64,000 nucleotides of DNA. Source: Nitrosopumilaceae archaeon (GTDB lineage: Archaea; Thermoproteota; Nitrososphaeria; Nitrososphaerales; Nitrosopumilaceae). The position numbers were made by a program, and so were the translations under genes. This document shows, piece after piece, positions 1 to 9,289 of this stretch (position 1 is its first letter; each line of letters opens with the position of its first letter). The stretch lies in assembly GCA_965203465.1 (NCBI GenBank), contig CBDBCR010000003.1, positions 896,001 through 960,000 of the forward strand, given 5' to 3'. The notes under the pieces were generated by a model. The model was not told the DNA's origin, did not search any database, and saw only the letters and a program-made list of their open reading frames with translations.

Positions 1-37
1 GCTCCACGGGCCCGCCGCGCGCCGGCCCGGTATTTAT

Positions 38-991
38 CTACTTTTGCTCGAATATCTTGATGGCCTTGGGGGGGCAGACGCCCTCGCAGGCCAGGCAGAA
101 TATGCAGTCGGGCTCCTTGGACATGAGCGGCTTGCGCTCGGAGCTGGGGCTGCCCGGCGTGTCGAACCACTCGTAGACCCCGACGGGGCAGGCCTCTATG
201 CAGGCGCCGTCTGCCACGCATATGTCGAAATCGACTGATACGAACTCGCCCCAGACTCCCATGATGCCGTTGCCCGTGCCCTTTCTTCCCCACGTCTTTA
301 TCGTGTGGCCGTCGGCGCTGTACGGCGAGGACGGCTTCATCTTGGACTTGTACTCGATGTCGATGGGGCCCGGCTTTGCGCCGTCGGGCACCTCTATCAC
401 CTCCTCTTCGGCCTCGGCCTGCGCCGGCTCGTCCTCCTGGGCCCCGGGCAGCGGCTTTGCGTTGGGCACTATCTTTGCGAGCGGGGTCATCTCGTCGAGG
501 CGCGCGAGGGCCACCGGCTCGGGCACCTTTTCTGTCTTTATGATGTACTCTACCATCTTGTCTGCCATGACGGTGTTGCGCAACAGGGTGTCTATCATCA
601 TCTTTGCAAAGTGGTCGGCCTTTTTGCGGTAGTCGCTGACCCACAGCGGGTCGCCGAACTTTTCGATGGGGAACACCTGGTATATGATGTCTACTACCTC
701 GCCGGTCACCACCTCCACGGTCACCGACAGGTCGGCCTCGCGGTAGTCGCGCGCTCCCGGATCGTCGGAGCTGCGCTCTGTCCACGTGTAGGTAGCGAAT
801 ATGCGGTCGGCGTACGAGTCCATCTCGAAGGTCTTTTTCATGCCCGCCACGACCGACTTTATCTCGTCGGGATCGACCAGCTCTATGGGGAGGCGGTACA
901 GGCCCAGCTTGTAGCCGTGTAGCGGATAGACGCCGCGCTTGGCGGTGGGGGACTCCATCGTGTATACGCGGTCTTTGAGCAGCAGCGACAC
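38..991 (-). CDS. Zfx-like dicluster (7Fe-type) ferredoxin fused to an N-terminal uncharacterised domain
   Basis: C-terminal motifs CVADGACIEACP and CIFCLACEGVCP. Context GVWGEFVSVDFD...WFDTPG resembles Sulfolobus zinc-ferredoxin. TATA-like TTTAAG lies about 28 bp upstream of the GTG. Confidence 0.85.
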   Translation of the reverse strand: MSLLLKDRVYTMESPTAKRGVYPLHGYKLGLYRLPIELVDPDEIKSVVAGMKKTFEMDSYADRIFATYTWTERSSDDPGARDYREADLSVTVEVVTGEVVDIIYQVFPIEKFGDPLWVSDYRKKADHFAKMMIDTLLRNTVMADKMVEYIIKTEKVPEPVALARLDEMTPLAKIVPNAKPLPGAQEDEPAQAEAEEEVIEVPDGAKPGPIDIEYKSKMKPSSPYSADGHTIKTWGRKGTGNGIMGVWGEFVSVDFDICVADGACIEACPVGVYEWFDTPGSPSSERKPLMSKEPDCIFCLACEGVCPPKAIKIFEQK

Positions 992-1038
992 TGGGCGTGC
1001 TCCGGGGCGTTTACTTAAAAATCTTGGCAGAGGCCGCC

Positions 1039-2545
1039 GATTCCGACAAATCCTCGTGAGCTAGGCGTGGCTCAGGCACGGGCCGCCCGAGTTTATAAAG
1101 AAAAGTTGATCGCTTGTCGAATGTTTTTGGCTAGTCCGGTTAAATGGTAAGCGCGCGAACCGTGCCCGAGTACATTGGAAAAAGGCACGGCAGCGCGCCA
1201 AGCCGTAGTGGCCGAGTGCGGATTTAACCGACTCCTGCGCCGCCACCGCGAGCTCTGGGAAGGCTACAGGATAGAAAACCTGGGCAAAGGCACGTACGCC
1301 GTGCGCTCGCCCGGATCCGAGCGCAGGCGCACCGTGAAGCTGTCCAAGCACGGCTGGTCGTGCAAGTGCCCGTACGCCACGCACCGCAAGTTCCACTGCA
1401 AGCACATACAGGCCGTCGAGGCTCTCTGCCTGCTGCCCGATCCGGAGCAGAGGGCGCCCACTGTGCTCGATCCGATCCCGGAGAACACGTGCCCGAGCTG
1501 CGGCGCGGACGGCGCCACAAAGGCGGGCGTGCGCAAGAACAAAAACTACCGCAACCAGATATACAAGTGCCGCAGCTGCAAGAAGAGGTTCTCGGGCAAC
1601 GCCGGGTTCGAGAGGCTCTGCGGCCCCCCGACGATCGTGTGCAGGACGATCGACGACTTTTTCTCCGGCAAGTCCACCGGAAAAATCGCGCGCGGGCTCA
1701 AGGACGAGATGGAGGACGCCCCCACGCAGCAGACCGTCAGCAACTGGATCAGGCGGTATTCAGCCGCGCTCGGATTCTTCACGAGCACCCTGAAACCGTG
1801 CCTGGGGGACAAGTGCAGATCCGACGGGATGCTCGTCAAGGTGCGCGGCAGGCAGCGGTACCTGCACATGACGATCGACTCGTTCACGCGCCTTTGGACG
1901 GCGTACACGATCACGCCGAACAAGGCGGCCGACGACGTCTCCTGCCTGCTCAGGGCCTCGGCGCGCGTCGCCGGCAAAATTCCGCTGCTGTTTGTCACCG
2001 ACTACGACAAGGCGTACCACAAGGCGTGGCTCAAAGAGTTCCGGTTCGATGAAGACGGAAAGCAGACGTACCACCACCGCCACGTGCATGCCCACTGGGA
2101 CATCAACAACAAGATGGAGCGGTTCAACGGGACGATGCGCGACTTTCTGCGCGGCCTGCAGGAAGACTATTCGCCGCTGCTCGAAGGCCTCCGCGTCTAC
2201 TACAACCACGTCCGCCCGCACGAGGGGATCAGCGAGGGGACCGACGAGGTGACGCCGGGCGAGGCGGCCGGCATCACGGTGAACGGGCCCAAGTGGAAGA
2301 CGCTGATCCAGCACGCCATGCGGTTCATGAAAAAGTACGGATAGATCGGATCCGGCGCGGGGCGGCCCTCGCCGGCGCGGGGCGCGGCCGCGCGAACGCG
2401 CGTTTTTTACGCAACAGCCGGGCGCGGTCCGGGATCCGCATGTCCTCGGTGGCCGGATCCGGCCGCGGCCGGCGCAGAAACACCCGATCGCTAAAGATGG
2501 ACACCTGTGGCATCGGGCCTCAGCTCACGAGGATTTGTCGGAATC
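1039..2545 (+). mobile_element. Complete IS6-like insertion sequence with 24-bp perfect TIRs and an 8-bp target duplication
   Basis: GATTCCGACAAATCCTCGTGAGCT (1039-1062) is the exact reverse complement of 2522-2545. AGGCCGCC is duplicated at 1031-1038 and 2546-2553. Confidence 0.92.
1175..2344 (+). CDS. DDE transposase (IS6-like) with N-terminal SWIM zinc finger and Zn ribbon
   Basis: SWIM CKCP...CKH; ribbon CPSC...YKCRSC; IS6-type SDGMLVKVRG..YL...ID, VTD and MERFNGT; YYNHVRPH...TPGEAAG. Confidence 0.88.
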   Translation: MEKGTAARQAVVAECGFNRLLRRHRELWEGYRIENLGKGTYAVRSPGSERRRTVKLSKHGWSCKCPYATHRKFHCKHIQAVEALCLLPDPEQRAPTVLDPIPENTCPSCGADGATKAGVRKNKNYRNQIYKCRSCKKRFSGNAGFERLCGPPTIVCRTIDDFFSGKSTGKIARGLKDEMEDAPTQQTVSNWIRRYSAALGFFTSTLKPCLGDKCRSDGMLVKVRGRQRYLHMTIDSFTRLWTAYTITPNKAADDVSCLLRASARVAGKIPLLFVTDYDKAYHKAWLKEFRFDEDGKQTYHHRHVHAHWDINNKMERFNGTMRDFLRGLQEDYSPLLEGLRVYYNHVRPHEGISEGTDEVTPGEAAGITVNGPKWKTLIQHAMRFMKKYG

Positions 2546-2598
2546 AGGCCGCCGGCAGGCGGGCCGGCCCGGGCAGAGCCGCGATCGGCTTGCCGGTC

Positions 2599-3510
2599 CT
2601 AGGCCGGGCGCGCGTTTTCGGCCCGTCCTCTGCCGATCCGAGGCCCCCTGAAAATCGCGCCTTCGCGTGTTAGGGCTATATAACGGCGCGGCCAAACGAC
2701 GAGCATCAATCGGGAAATCGCGCGGTTGTGGGGGGGCAGCCTCTCCGCATCTGTGCGGAACTGTCCCCCGACCCCAACGATGGAAACTCTTTGATTCCGT
2801 AGTCGCGCACCTGCCCAAGGTGACGGTATGCTTTTGCCATGATCGTCTAACCACCCGTCGAACCTGGAATCGCCCTTGTAGTGCCTGTTGGCGATGTACG
2901 CTGCCATGTCTGCGAGTTGAACTGTCAGATGCTCGTCCGATCTTACAAAGGCCGGCCCCTGCATGATGTGCTCGATTTGTCGGCGCGGAGTGCCGTTTCT
3001 TATTATTCTTTTGATCGTGTTGCTGATCTCTGATTCGGATGTCTTGTCGCTAGAATCCGTGAAAATCATCCCCCTGTTGGTCTCTTCCGGCATGCGTTTC
3101 AGGAAGTGATCAAAGCGCTCTGCTACGAACGTCCAAGCGTTCTCAGTAGGCTTTGACGCAAGGCATCTAGATCGAATGCGATCTTTGAACACAACCACGA
3201 TGAGCAACGTAACATCTGATCTACAGACGACGTTTGAGACTTGTTGGAAAATCTCCATCTTTTTCGAAGCGTCGAGGCCCATATCCGCCTTGAAGAAGCC
3301 GTTGTTGTTGCAGATCTCGTGCGCGTGCAGCTCCCAGTCCCGCGGATCCATCCGCGGCAGCGCTCTTCTTTTCAGCGCCACGATGTCGTTTTCGACCGTT
3401 TGTAGCCGGCTTTCGTGCACTATCACGCCGCTCAGCACGTACAGTCCGTTGTTCGTCCGATCTCGTTTCATTTTTGTGTCGCCAGAGCCGTCGGCGTAGA
3501 GCAGGTACAC
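2599..3510 (-). pseudogene. DUF3800 family (RNase H-like fold) protein with a frameshift near the 3' end
   Basis: N-terminal MYLLYADGSG, ELHA and QLADMAAY motifs. The usual C-terminus (IMAKAYRHLGQVRDYGIKEFP) lies in another frame from about 2845. The first motif reads DG instead of the usual DE. Confidence 0.75.
2725..2778. ncRNA. Long hairpin directly downstream of the DUF3800 C-terminal motif (candidate DUF3800-associated RNA)
   Basis: Nested stems GTTG/CAAC, GGGGGCAG/CTGTCCCC and TCCGCA/TGCGGA with a 4-nt loop. Confidence 0.4.
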
Positions 3511-3680
3511 GGCGCGGGCCGATCCCCCGCGGTTAAAAACGGATCTGCTGGTTTGCGCCCATGTCCGCCGGACGGCACGCCGAAGCCGGGCGTCGGCATC
3601 GGCGGCCGTCCCGTCCGGCGCCGATCTCGGCCCGCGCCTGCCCGGTTCCGTTATAAGCGGCCGAGCCGGGCGGCACGGCC

Positions 3681-4223
3681 GTGGGCGCGGCCAGAAGAAA
3701 GTGGGTCAGGCGCGAGCGCAGGTACTCCAACGCCATGTGGCACGCGGGCTGGCACGAGATGAAATACGGCAGGTTCGCCGGCTTCAAGCTGGCAGCGTGC
3801 CTCGACGACGCCTCCAGGTGCGCCACCGGGGCGGCGCTCTTCAAGGAGGTGTCCGGGGAGAACGCGGCGGACGTGCTGCGCGGCGCCGTGGGCAGGTTCG
3901 GCGCCCCGGCTGCCGTGGCGTCCGGATCCCGGACGCCCGGCGCATTGGAGGTGGAGCTTGCACGCAGGGGGATAAAGGCCGTAAAGCCGCAGCACACGCG
4001 CGCCTACGGCAAGCTCGCGAGGTTCTACGGCACCGTCGAGGCCGAGATACACCACTACGAGAGCCTGTCGGCGTACGTAGAGTACTACAACGAGCGGAGG
4101 CTCCACTTTTCGCTCGACATCGACGTCTGCCAGACCCCCCTGCGGGCGTTCCACGACAAAAGGGCGTCCCGGGCGGCCAGGAAAAAAGACCCCGGATGGG
4201 CTGAGAGGGACGCGCGCGGCTAG
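3681..4223 (+). CDS. IS481-like integrase core (rve) protein with degenerate catalytic residues and no HTH
   Basis: RRYSNAMWHAGW, LDDASR, GKLARFYGTVE, YYNERRLHFSLD...TP. The usual D (WHTDW), D (SDNG) and E (GKLER) positions are replaced. TTATAA lies 30 bp upstream. Confidence 0.7.
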   Translation: MGAARRKWVRRERRYSNAMWHAGWHEMKYGRFAGFKLAACLDDASRCATGAALFKEVSGENAADVLRGAVGRFGAPAAVASGSRTPGALEVELARRGIKAVKPQHTRAYGKLARFYGTVEAEIHHYESLSAYVEYYNERRLHFSLDIDVCQTPLRAFHDKRASRAARKKDPGWAERDARG

Positions 4224-4547
4224 GCGCGGGTTCGGCCCGCGCGTGGAAACAGCGGCGGCGCTTTTCGCCGCGGTTCGCCCGAGCCCGCGCGCAATCGCGC
4301 AAATGCGCCTTTATCTTACGCCCGCAGATCCGAGCGCGTGCCAGGTTCCGGCGAGGCCGAGATTCCAGTTCTGTACCGACGGCGTCTGGGACGGGTACGG
4401 GGATCGCGGCAGGGCGAGCCGCCGAACCGGGAATACGTGCCGGTAGTCGGCGCGCTTTTGGGCGCGGTGCCCGCCGCGCGCGGGCCGGCGCCGGTTCCGG
4501 CCAACCGGGCCGGCAACTTTCAAATACAAACCCGGGCGGCGCCGGCC

Positions 4548-4922
4548 GTGATAACCGTAGACTGCCGGGACATAGAGGCCATCAGGGACGAGCTGCTCAT
4601 CTACGTGGCCGACAACGTCGGGGCCCTGCCGGCCCTCAAACTGCACGAGTTCGTCCTGACCCCCATAGACGACTCGGCCCCCATAGACCCCGGCGAGGTC
4701 GTCTCGGCGGTGCGCGAGTACCTCGATTCCATAGGCGAGGGCAGGCGGTTCGAGGTCGAGGCGCGCGGCGACATAGTCGAGGTGCGCTCGACCGACGGCA
4801 AGCCCATAGACAGGGAGCCGCGCACCGGCCGCATCGAGGGCATGTTCTCGTGCGCCCACTGCGGGTTCGTCACGCGCTACGAGGCAGAATACCACGCGCA
4901 CGCGCGCATACACTACCTCTAG
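4548..4922 (+). CDS. Small hypothetical protein with C-terminal C2H2 zinc finger
   Basis: CAHCGF...EYHAHARIHY. The likely start is GTG 4548, after an AT-rich promoter-like stretch. Confidence 0.75.
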   Translation: MITVDCRDIEAIRDELLIYVADNVGALPALKLHEFVLTPIDDSAPIDPGEVVSAVREYLDSIGEGRRFEVEARGDIVEVRSTDGKPIDREPRTGRIEGMFSCAHCGFVTRYEAEYHAHARIHYL

Positions 4923-6241
4923 TGGAGCGCCGAGCGCAGCTCCCCGAAGCGCAGGTCCCACGTGTTGGCGCGCGCGAAGGCTGCCAGCCGCGCGCGCTCA
5001 TCGGGCCCCGCGGCCAGGGCCGCGTCGAGTTTTTCCACGAAATCGTCGGCGCCGTCGTACAGCAGGCACCCGAGCCCCTCCAGCTCGGGCAGGCGCGCAG
5101 AGACGACCGGCTTGGCGCCGGCCATGTACTCGTACAGCTTTATGGGGCTGGCCGCGCGCGCCAGCCGGTGGCCGGCCTTGAAGGGTATCATGCACGCGTC
5201 AAAGTCGCGCAGGTACTCGGGCAGCTCCTCGTAGGGGCGCTCGCCGAGCACCCGCACGTTGCCCATGCGCATCAGCTTGCGCACGTCGGCCCCGTACGTG
5301 TCCCCTATCAGCACGAACGTGTACGAGGGCCTCTCGCGCGCCGCGTATTCCACCAGGCCCGCGTCGAACCACTCGGCCACGGCCCCAAAGTACCCCACCA
5401 CGGGGCCGGGCGCGCCGAGGATCCCGCCGCGGCCGCCCGCAAAGTGCCCGTAGTCGCACCCGTTGGGCACCAGCGCGCACTTTTTGGCGCGCGGCGCATT
5501 TTGCTCGTACAGCCGCCGGCTCGAGCAGACCACGAGGTCGGCCGAGCCGACCAGCCTGCGCTCCTCCCCGATCCTCCTGGCCGAGACGTTGGGGAACCCC
5601 GAGACGTCGTCGGCGCAGTCGTAGACCAGCGTGCCGCGCGCTGCCAGCTTTTCTGCCAGCGGCTGCCACGTGGGAAAGGCCGCGTACAGCACGGGCGAGC
5701 TTATCCGGGCGTCCTTCTCGAGTGATTCGAACGAGGATTCCAGCGCGGCCAGCGCGGGGCCGGAGATCCGGCCCTTGTAGACGTCCAGGCGCGAGGGGCA
5801 TCGCAGGTCGGCCCGGAGTATGCCGTCCTCGAGGCGCGCCTCGTAGGGGGAGCCGAGCGGGCCCGGCTCGCCCAGATAAAAGACGCGGTGGCCGGCCCCG
5901 GCGAACCGGGCGGCGATGTGGTGTATGCGCTGCCGCCGGTACCCCCACGGGATGGCCGGGAACACCACCACGTCGCGCCCGCGCCCCGGCTCGCCCAGCC
6001 CGCCGGGGGGCAGCGGCGGGCCGGCCCTGCCCTCCCGCCGCGGGGGGCGCACCGGAAAGAGCCTGCCCAGCGTGGTGTCGTAGGCGTGGAAGAGCCTCGC
6101 CAGCCGGCTCTGGTGCAGTGCCACCACGGAGTTTTGCGAGCGCTCGAGGGCCCCGCGCAGCGCCTCTATCCGGTCCCTGTCTTCCAACCGCGCCAACCCG
6201 CCCGCGCCACGTAAAACGGTTGGCCCGTAGGTTTTTATCAC
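4919..6241 (-). CDS. Glycosyltransferase (GT-B fold, GT4-like)
   Basis: QRIHHIA, YDCADD, VPNGCD, VGYFGAVAEWFD, SPIKLYEYMAGAKPVVS. Confidence 0.88.
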   Translation of the reverse strand: MIKTYGPTVLRGAGGLARLEDRDRIEALRGALERSQNSVVALHQSRLARLFHAYDTTLGRLFPVRPPRREGRAGPPLPPGGLGEPGRGRDVVVFPAIPWGYRRQRIHHIAARFAGAGHRVFYLGEPGPLGSPYEARLEDGILRADLRCPSRLDVYKGRISGPALAALESSFESLEKDARISSPVLYAAFPTWQPLAEKLAARGTLVYDCADDVSGFPNVSARRIGEERRLVGSADLVVCSSRRLYEQNAPRAKKCALVPNGCDYGHFAGGRGGILGAPGPVVGYFGAVAEWFDAGLVEYAARERPSYTFVLIGDTYGADVRKLMRMGNVRVLGERPYEELPEYLRDFDACMIPFKAGHRLARAASPIKLYEYMAGAKPVVSARLPELEGLGCLLYDGADDFVEKLDAALAAGPDERARLAAFARANTWDLRFGELRSALH

Positions 6242-6261
6242 TACCGGGGCGGGGCGCGCGC

Positions 6262-7710
6262 GTGAAGTACGCCTTGGCGCTGCTGGCGGTCTTGGCGCCG
6301 GCGGCAGCCTACGCCCAGGCCGATCTTCCCGATTCTACGACCATAATAGACGTCGGCTCGTCGGCCCTGTGGGCCGAGATCTCGGGCGGCTCCGTCTACG
6401 TGAGCAACCCCGCCGACGGGACCATAACCGTGCTCGACGCGGCCAGCGGGGCCGTGACCGGCGCCATAGATTCCGAGCCGGGCGTGGCCGTCCTCAAGAT
6501 AGTCGACGGCAAGCTGTACACGACGGTCGGCGGCGACGCGGCCGTGCGCGTCTACGATCTTGCCACCGGCGGGGAATCGGCCCGCATAGAGGTGGGCCAG
6601 CCCGACATCACGCTGTCATCGACTGCCGACCAGCCGTACGGCCAGCGCGAATACGTGACGTTTTCTACCGATTCGCTGGGCATCGCGCACAGCGGGTTCT
6701 ACGGCAACCTGTACGCGGTCCATTCGACCGTAAACAGGGTGGTGGCCATAGACTTGGCCTCGGGGAGGGCCACCGCCGAGATACCGGTGGGCAAGACGCC
6801 GCTTTTGATGGTGGTGGACGAAAAGAGGAACGCCGGGTACGTGACAAACTACGAATCGAGCAGCGTCTCCGTCATAGACCTGTTCACCAACGAGGTGGTA
6901 AAGACCCTGCAGACCGGCTTCGCGCCCGCCCAGATGGCCATAGACCCCGACGTCGACAGGCTGTACGTGACCCACCACGCCTCGCCGCACGTGGCGGCCA
7001 TAGACCTGGCCGGCCAGGAGGTCGCGGCCAGGATAAACGTGGGCGCCCCGACCCACGCGGTGGCCCTCGACAGGCAGATGGGGCTGCTCCACGTCACGCG
7101 CCTGCCAGAGAGCGGCGTGACCGGCGCGGGCCAGCCCGGCAGGGTCGACTTTATCGACACGTTCGACAACAGGGTCGCCGGGGGCTTTGAGCTGCCGGAG
7201 AACCCGTTCACCATAGCCGTCGATCCGGGCAGCAGGATGCTGTACGCGACGGTCATAAAGGACGGCAGCGTGGTGGCGGTCGATCTCGGCCTGGACGAAG
7301 AATACCTGCAGGTGGCCCCCGATTCGGGCTCGCCGCAGCCGGAGGGCGGCGGCTGCCTGATAGCTACGGCCTCCCACGGGACCGAGATGGCCGGGCAGGT
7401 GCAGAAACTGCGCGAGGCGCGCGACTTGGCGCTCTCTACGGGTCCGGGCTCGGCGTTCATGGCCGGCTTCAACTCCATATACTACGCGTTTTCGCCGTCA
7501 GTAGCCGACATGCAGAGGGAGAACCCGGCCCTGCGCGAGGCCGTCCGGGCGCTGATCGCGCCCATGATGCACAGCCTGCAGCTGATGGAGCTTGCCGGCA
7601 CCGAGGCGCAGGTGCTCGCGCTCGGCTCTGCCGTGATAGCCCTGAACTTGGGCTTGTACGCGGGGCTGCCGGCGGCCGCTTTTGTGGCCGCGCGCAGGCG
7701 CCTATCCTGA
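6262..7710 (+). CDS. Secreted YVTN/YncE-type beta-propeller protein with CFI-box-CTERM sorting domain
   Basis: Signal peptide from GTG 6262; YVTN and YVTH repeats; GGCLIATASHGTEMA...LRE.RD...FN..YY.FSP followed by a TM helix and basic tail. Confidence 0.88.
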   Translation: MKYALALLAVLAPAAAYAQADLPDSTTIIDVGSSALWAEISGGSVYVSNPADGTITVLDAASGAVTGAIDSEPGVAVLKIVDGKLYTTVGGDAAVRVYDLATGGESARIEVGQPDITLSSTADQPYGQREYVTFSTDSLGIAHSGFYGNLYAVHSTVNRVVAIDLASGRATAEIPVGKTPLLMVVDEKRNAGYVTNYESSSVSVIDLFTNEVVKTLQTGFAPAQMAIDPDVDRLYVTHHASPHVAAIDLAGQEVAARINVGAPTHAVALDRQMGLLHVTRLPESGVTGAGQPGRVDFIDTFDNRVAGGFELPENPFTIAVDPGSRMLYATVIKDGSVVAVDLGLDEEYLQVAPDSGSPQPEGGGCLIATASHGTEMAGQVQKLREARDLALSTGPGSAFMAGFNSIYYAFSPSVADMQRENPALREAVRALIAPMMHSLQLMELAGTEAQVLALGSAVIALNLGLYAGLPAAAFVAARRRLS

Positions 7711-9189
7711 GGCCTGCACGTACATTCCGGGGGGCTTGTTCGCGCTTTCCGGCAGGCCCGTGATGCCCCCGCCGAGGCTCTGCACCGATACCCCCTTGCC
7801 CGCCAGCACCTTGGCCGCGCTGAGCGACGTGTTGCCTGCCATGCAGACGAGCAGGGCCCTGCCCTCCAGGGCGGCGCCCATGCCCTCGGGCACCTGCCGC
7901 GTCGAGAGCAGTTCCCCGACGTCCGAGGCGCTCGTCACGGTTATTTTCGACTTTTCTACGCCCAGCGACCTTGCGAGCATCTCTATGCCTTCCTCGCGCG
8001 GCGCGTAGCGCGGGTGCACCCAGACTATTCTGTCGTATTCAGCGGAGGCGGCCTCTTCGAGCGACACCTCTACCGGCTGGGCGACCTCTAGGGAACGGCG
8101 GTACTTTGCTATGCCGTCTGCCACGATCACGACGAACTTGGACGCTCTGCCGGAGGCTGCCGCGCGGACCGCCGCGTAGAGCGCGAGCGCCGCGCTTTCG
8201 CCCATGTCGTGGCCCCGGTCTACCATGAACTTCAGCATGGGCCGCGCCTTTTCAAAGTCCTCTTCGGTCTGCGAGGCGTACCGGTCGGGCCTGTACAGGC
8301 CGAGGCCCTCGGCGTTGGCCCTCGTGCGGATGCCGGCCACGTCCTGGCCCGGGACCGGGAACACGACGTGCACGGACTTTGCGCCGTATTTTTCCAGCAT
8401 GTGCGAGCTGAGGCCGCCCGACGTCCCCCCGGTGCCGAACGTGCAGAATATCTGGCATCGGCCCGGTTCCTGGCCGGCGGCGCGCAGCTGCGCGTCCAGC
8501 TCCACCGCGGTGACGGTCCGGTGCGCCTCGACGTTGAGTTCGTTGCCGTACTGCTGCGGGCAGAACATGCCGTATATCCCGGCCAAGTAGGCCGCCAGGT
8601 TGATGACGTCCTTGCGGCCGAGCAGGCGCTCTATCTCTTTTGCGTGCCCGTCGAACGTGTCAGTTTCAATGCCCATCTCGGAGAGCCGCGAGCGCACCGT
8701 CGCCGCGGCCGCCTTGGCCGCCAGCTCGTCTGCTTTGTTTTCCATGCCCGGCGCCGGGCATATGTCCACGTCCATGTCTATGATGTTGACGCTGCTGTCG
8801 CGCAGCTGATCGATGACGCCCTCCTGCAGCCTGCGCGAGACCAGCGCTATGACCTTTACGCCCGCGCGCGAGAGCAGCCCGAGGGCTATGCCGAAGTTGC
8901 CCGACGTGGCCTCTATTACCGGCTGCCCCTCGCGCAGCTTGCCCGATTCGATCGCGTCGCGGATGATGTGAACCGCCGGCCGCGTCTTTATGGAGCCGCC
9001 CGGGAGGCCCGACTCCATCTTGCCGTATATCTCAAAGCCGGGCCCCAGCTCGGCCCCGTAGAGCCTGCGCGCGCACTCTGATACGTCGCGCGTCATGTCT
9101 TTGAGCGGGGTCGGGCCCGCCACGGCCCCGCCGTCGGCGCGCGGCACGCCCGAGCCCATCTCCTGCTCGAAGCGCTCCGAAAGGCCCAC
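7702..9189 (-). CDS. PLP-dependent cysteine synthase family protein with C-terminal rhodanese-like domain
   Basis: GGSIKTRPA (PLP lysine), EATSGNFG, GTGGT; C-terminal LLVCMAGNTS...SLGGGI. Confidence 0.85.
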   Translation of the reverse strand: MGLSERFEQEMGSGVPRADGGAVAGPTPLKDMTRDVSECARRLYGAELGPGFEIYGKMESGLPGGSIKTRPAVHIIRDAIESGKLREGQPVIEATSGNFGIALGLLSRAGVKVIALVSRRLQEGVIDQLRDSSVNIIDMDVDICPAPGMENKADELAAKAAAATVRSRLSEMGIETDTFDGHAKEIERLLGRKDVINLAAYLAGIYGMFCPQQYGNELNVEAHRTVTAVELDAQLRAAGQEPGRCQIFCTFGTGGTSGGLSSHMLEKYGAKSVHVVFPVPGQDVAGIRTRANAEGLGLYRPDRYASQTEEDFEKARPMLKFMVDRGHDMGESAALALYAAVRAAASGRASKFVVIVADGIAKYRRSLEVAQPVEVSLEEAASAEYDRIVWVHPRYAPREEGIEMLARSLGVEKSKITVTSASDVGELLSTRQVPEGMGAALEGRALLVCMAGNTSLSAAKVLAGKGVSVQSLGGGITGLPESANKPPGMYVQASG

Positions 9190-9289
9190 GGGCAGGGGCG
9201 CGGCGCGGCCAATTTAAGGCATCGGGAGGGCCGGCGGGCAGTCGGCAATGCAGTTTAGAAGTGCCGAATACGCGCGCAACTGTGCAAGA

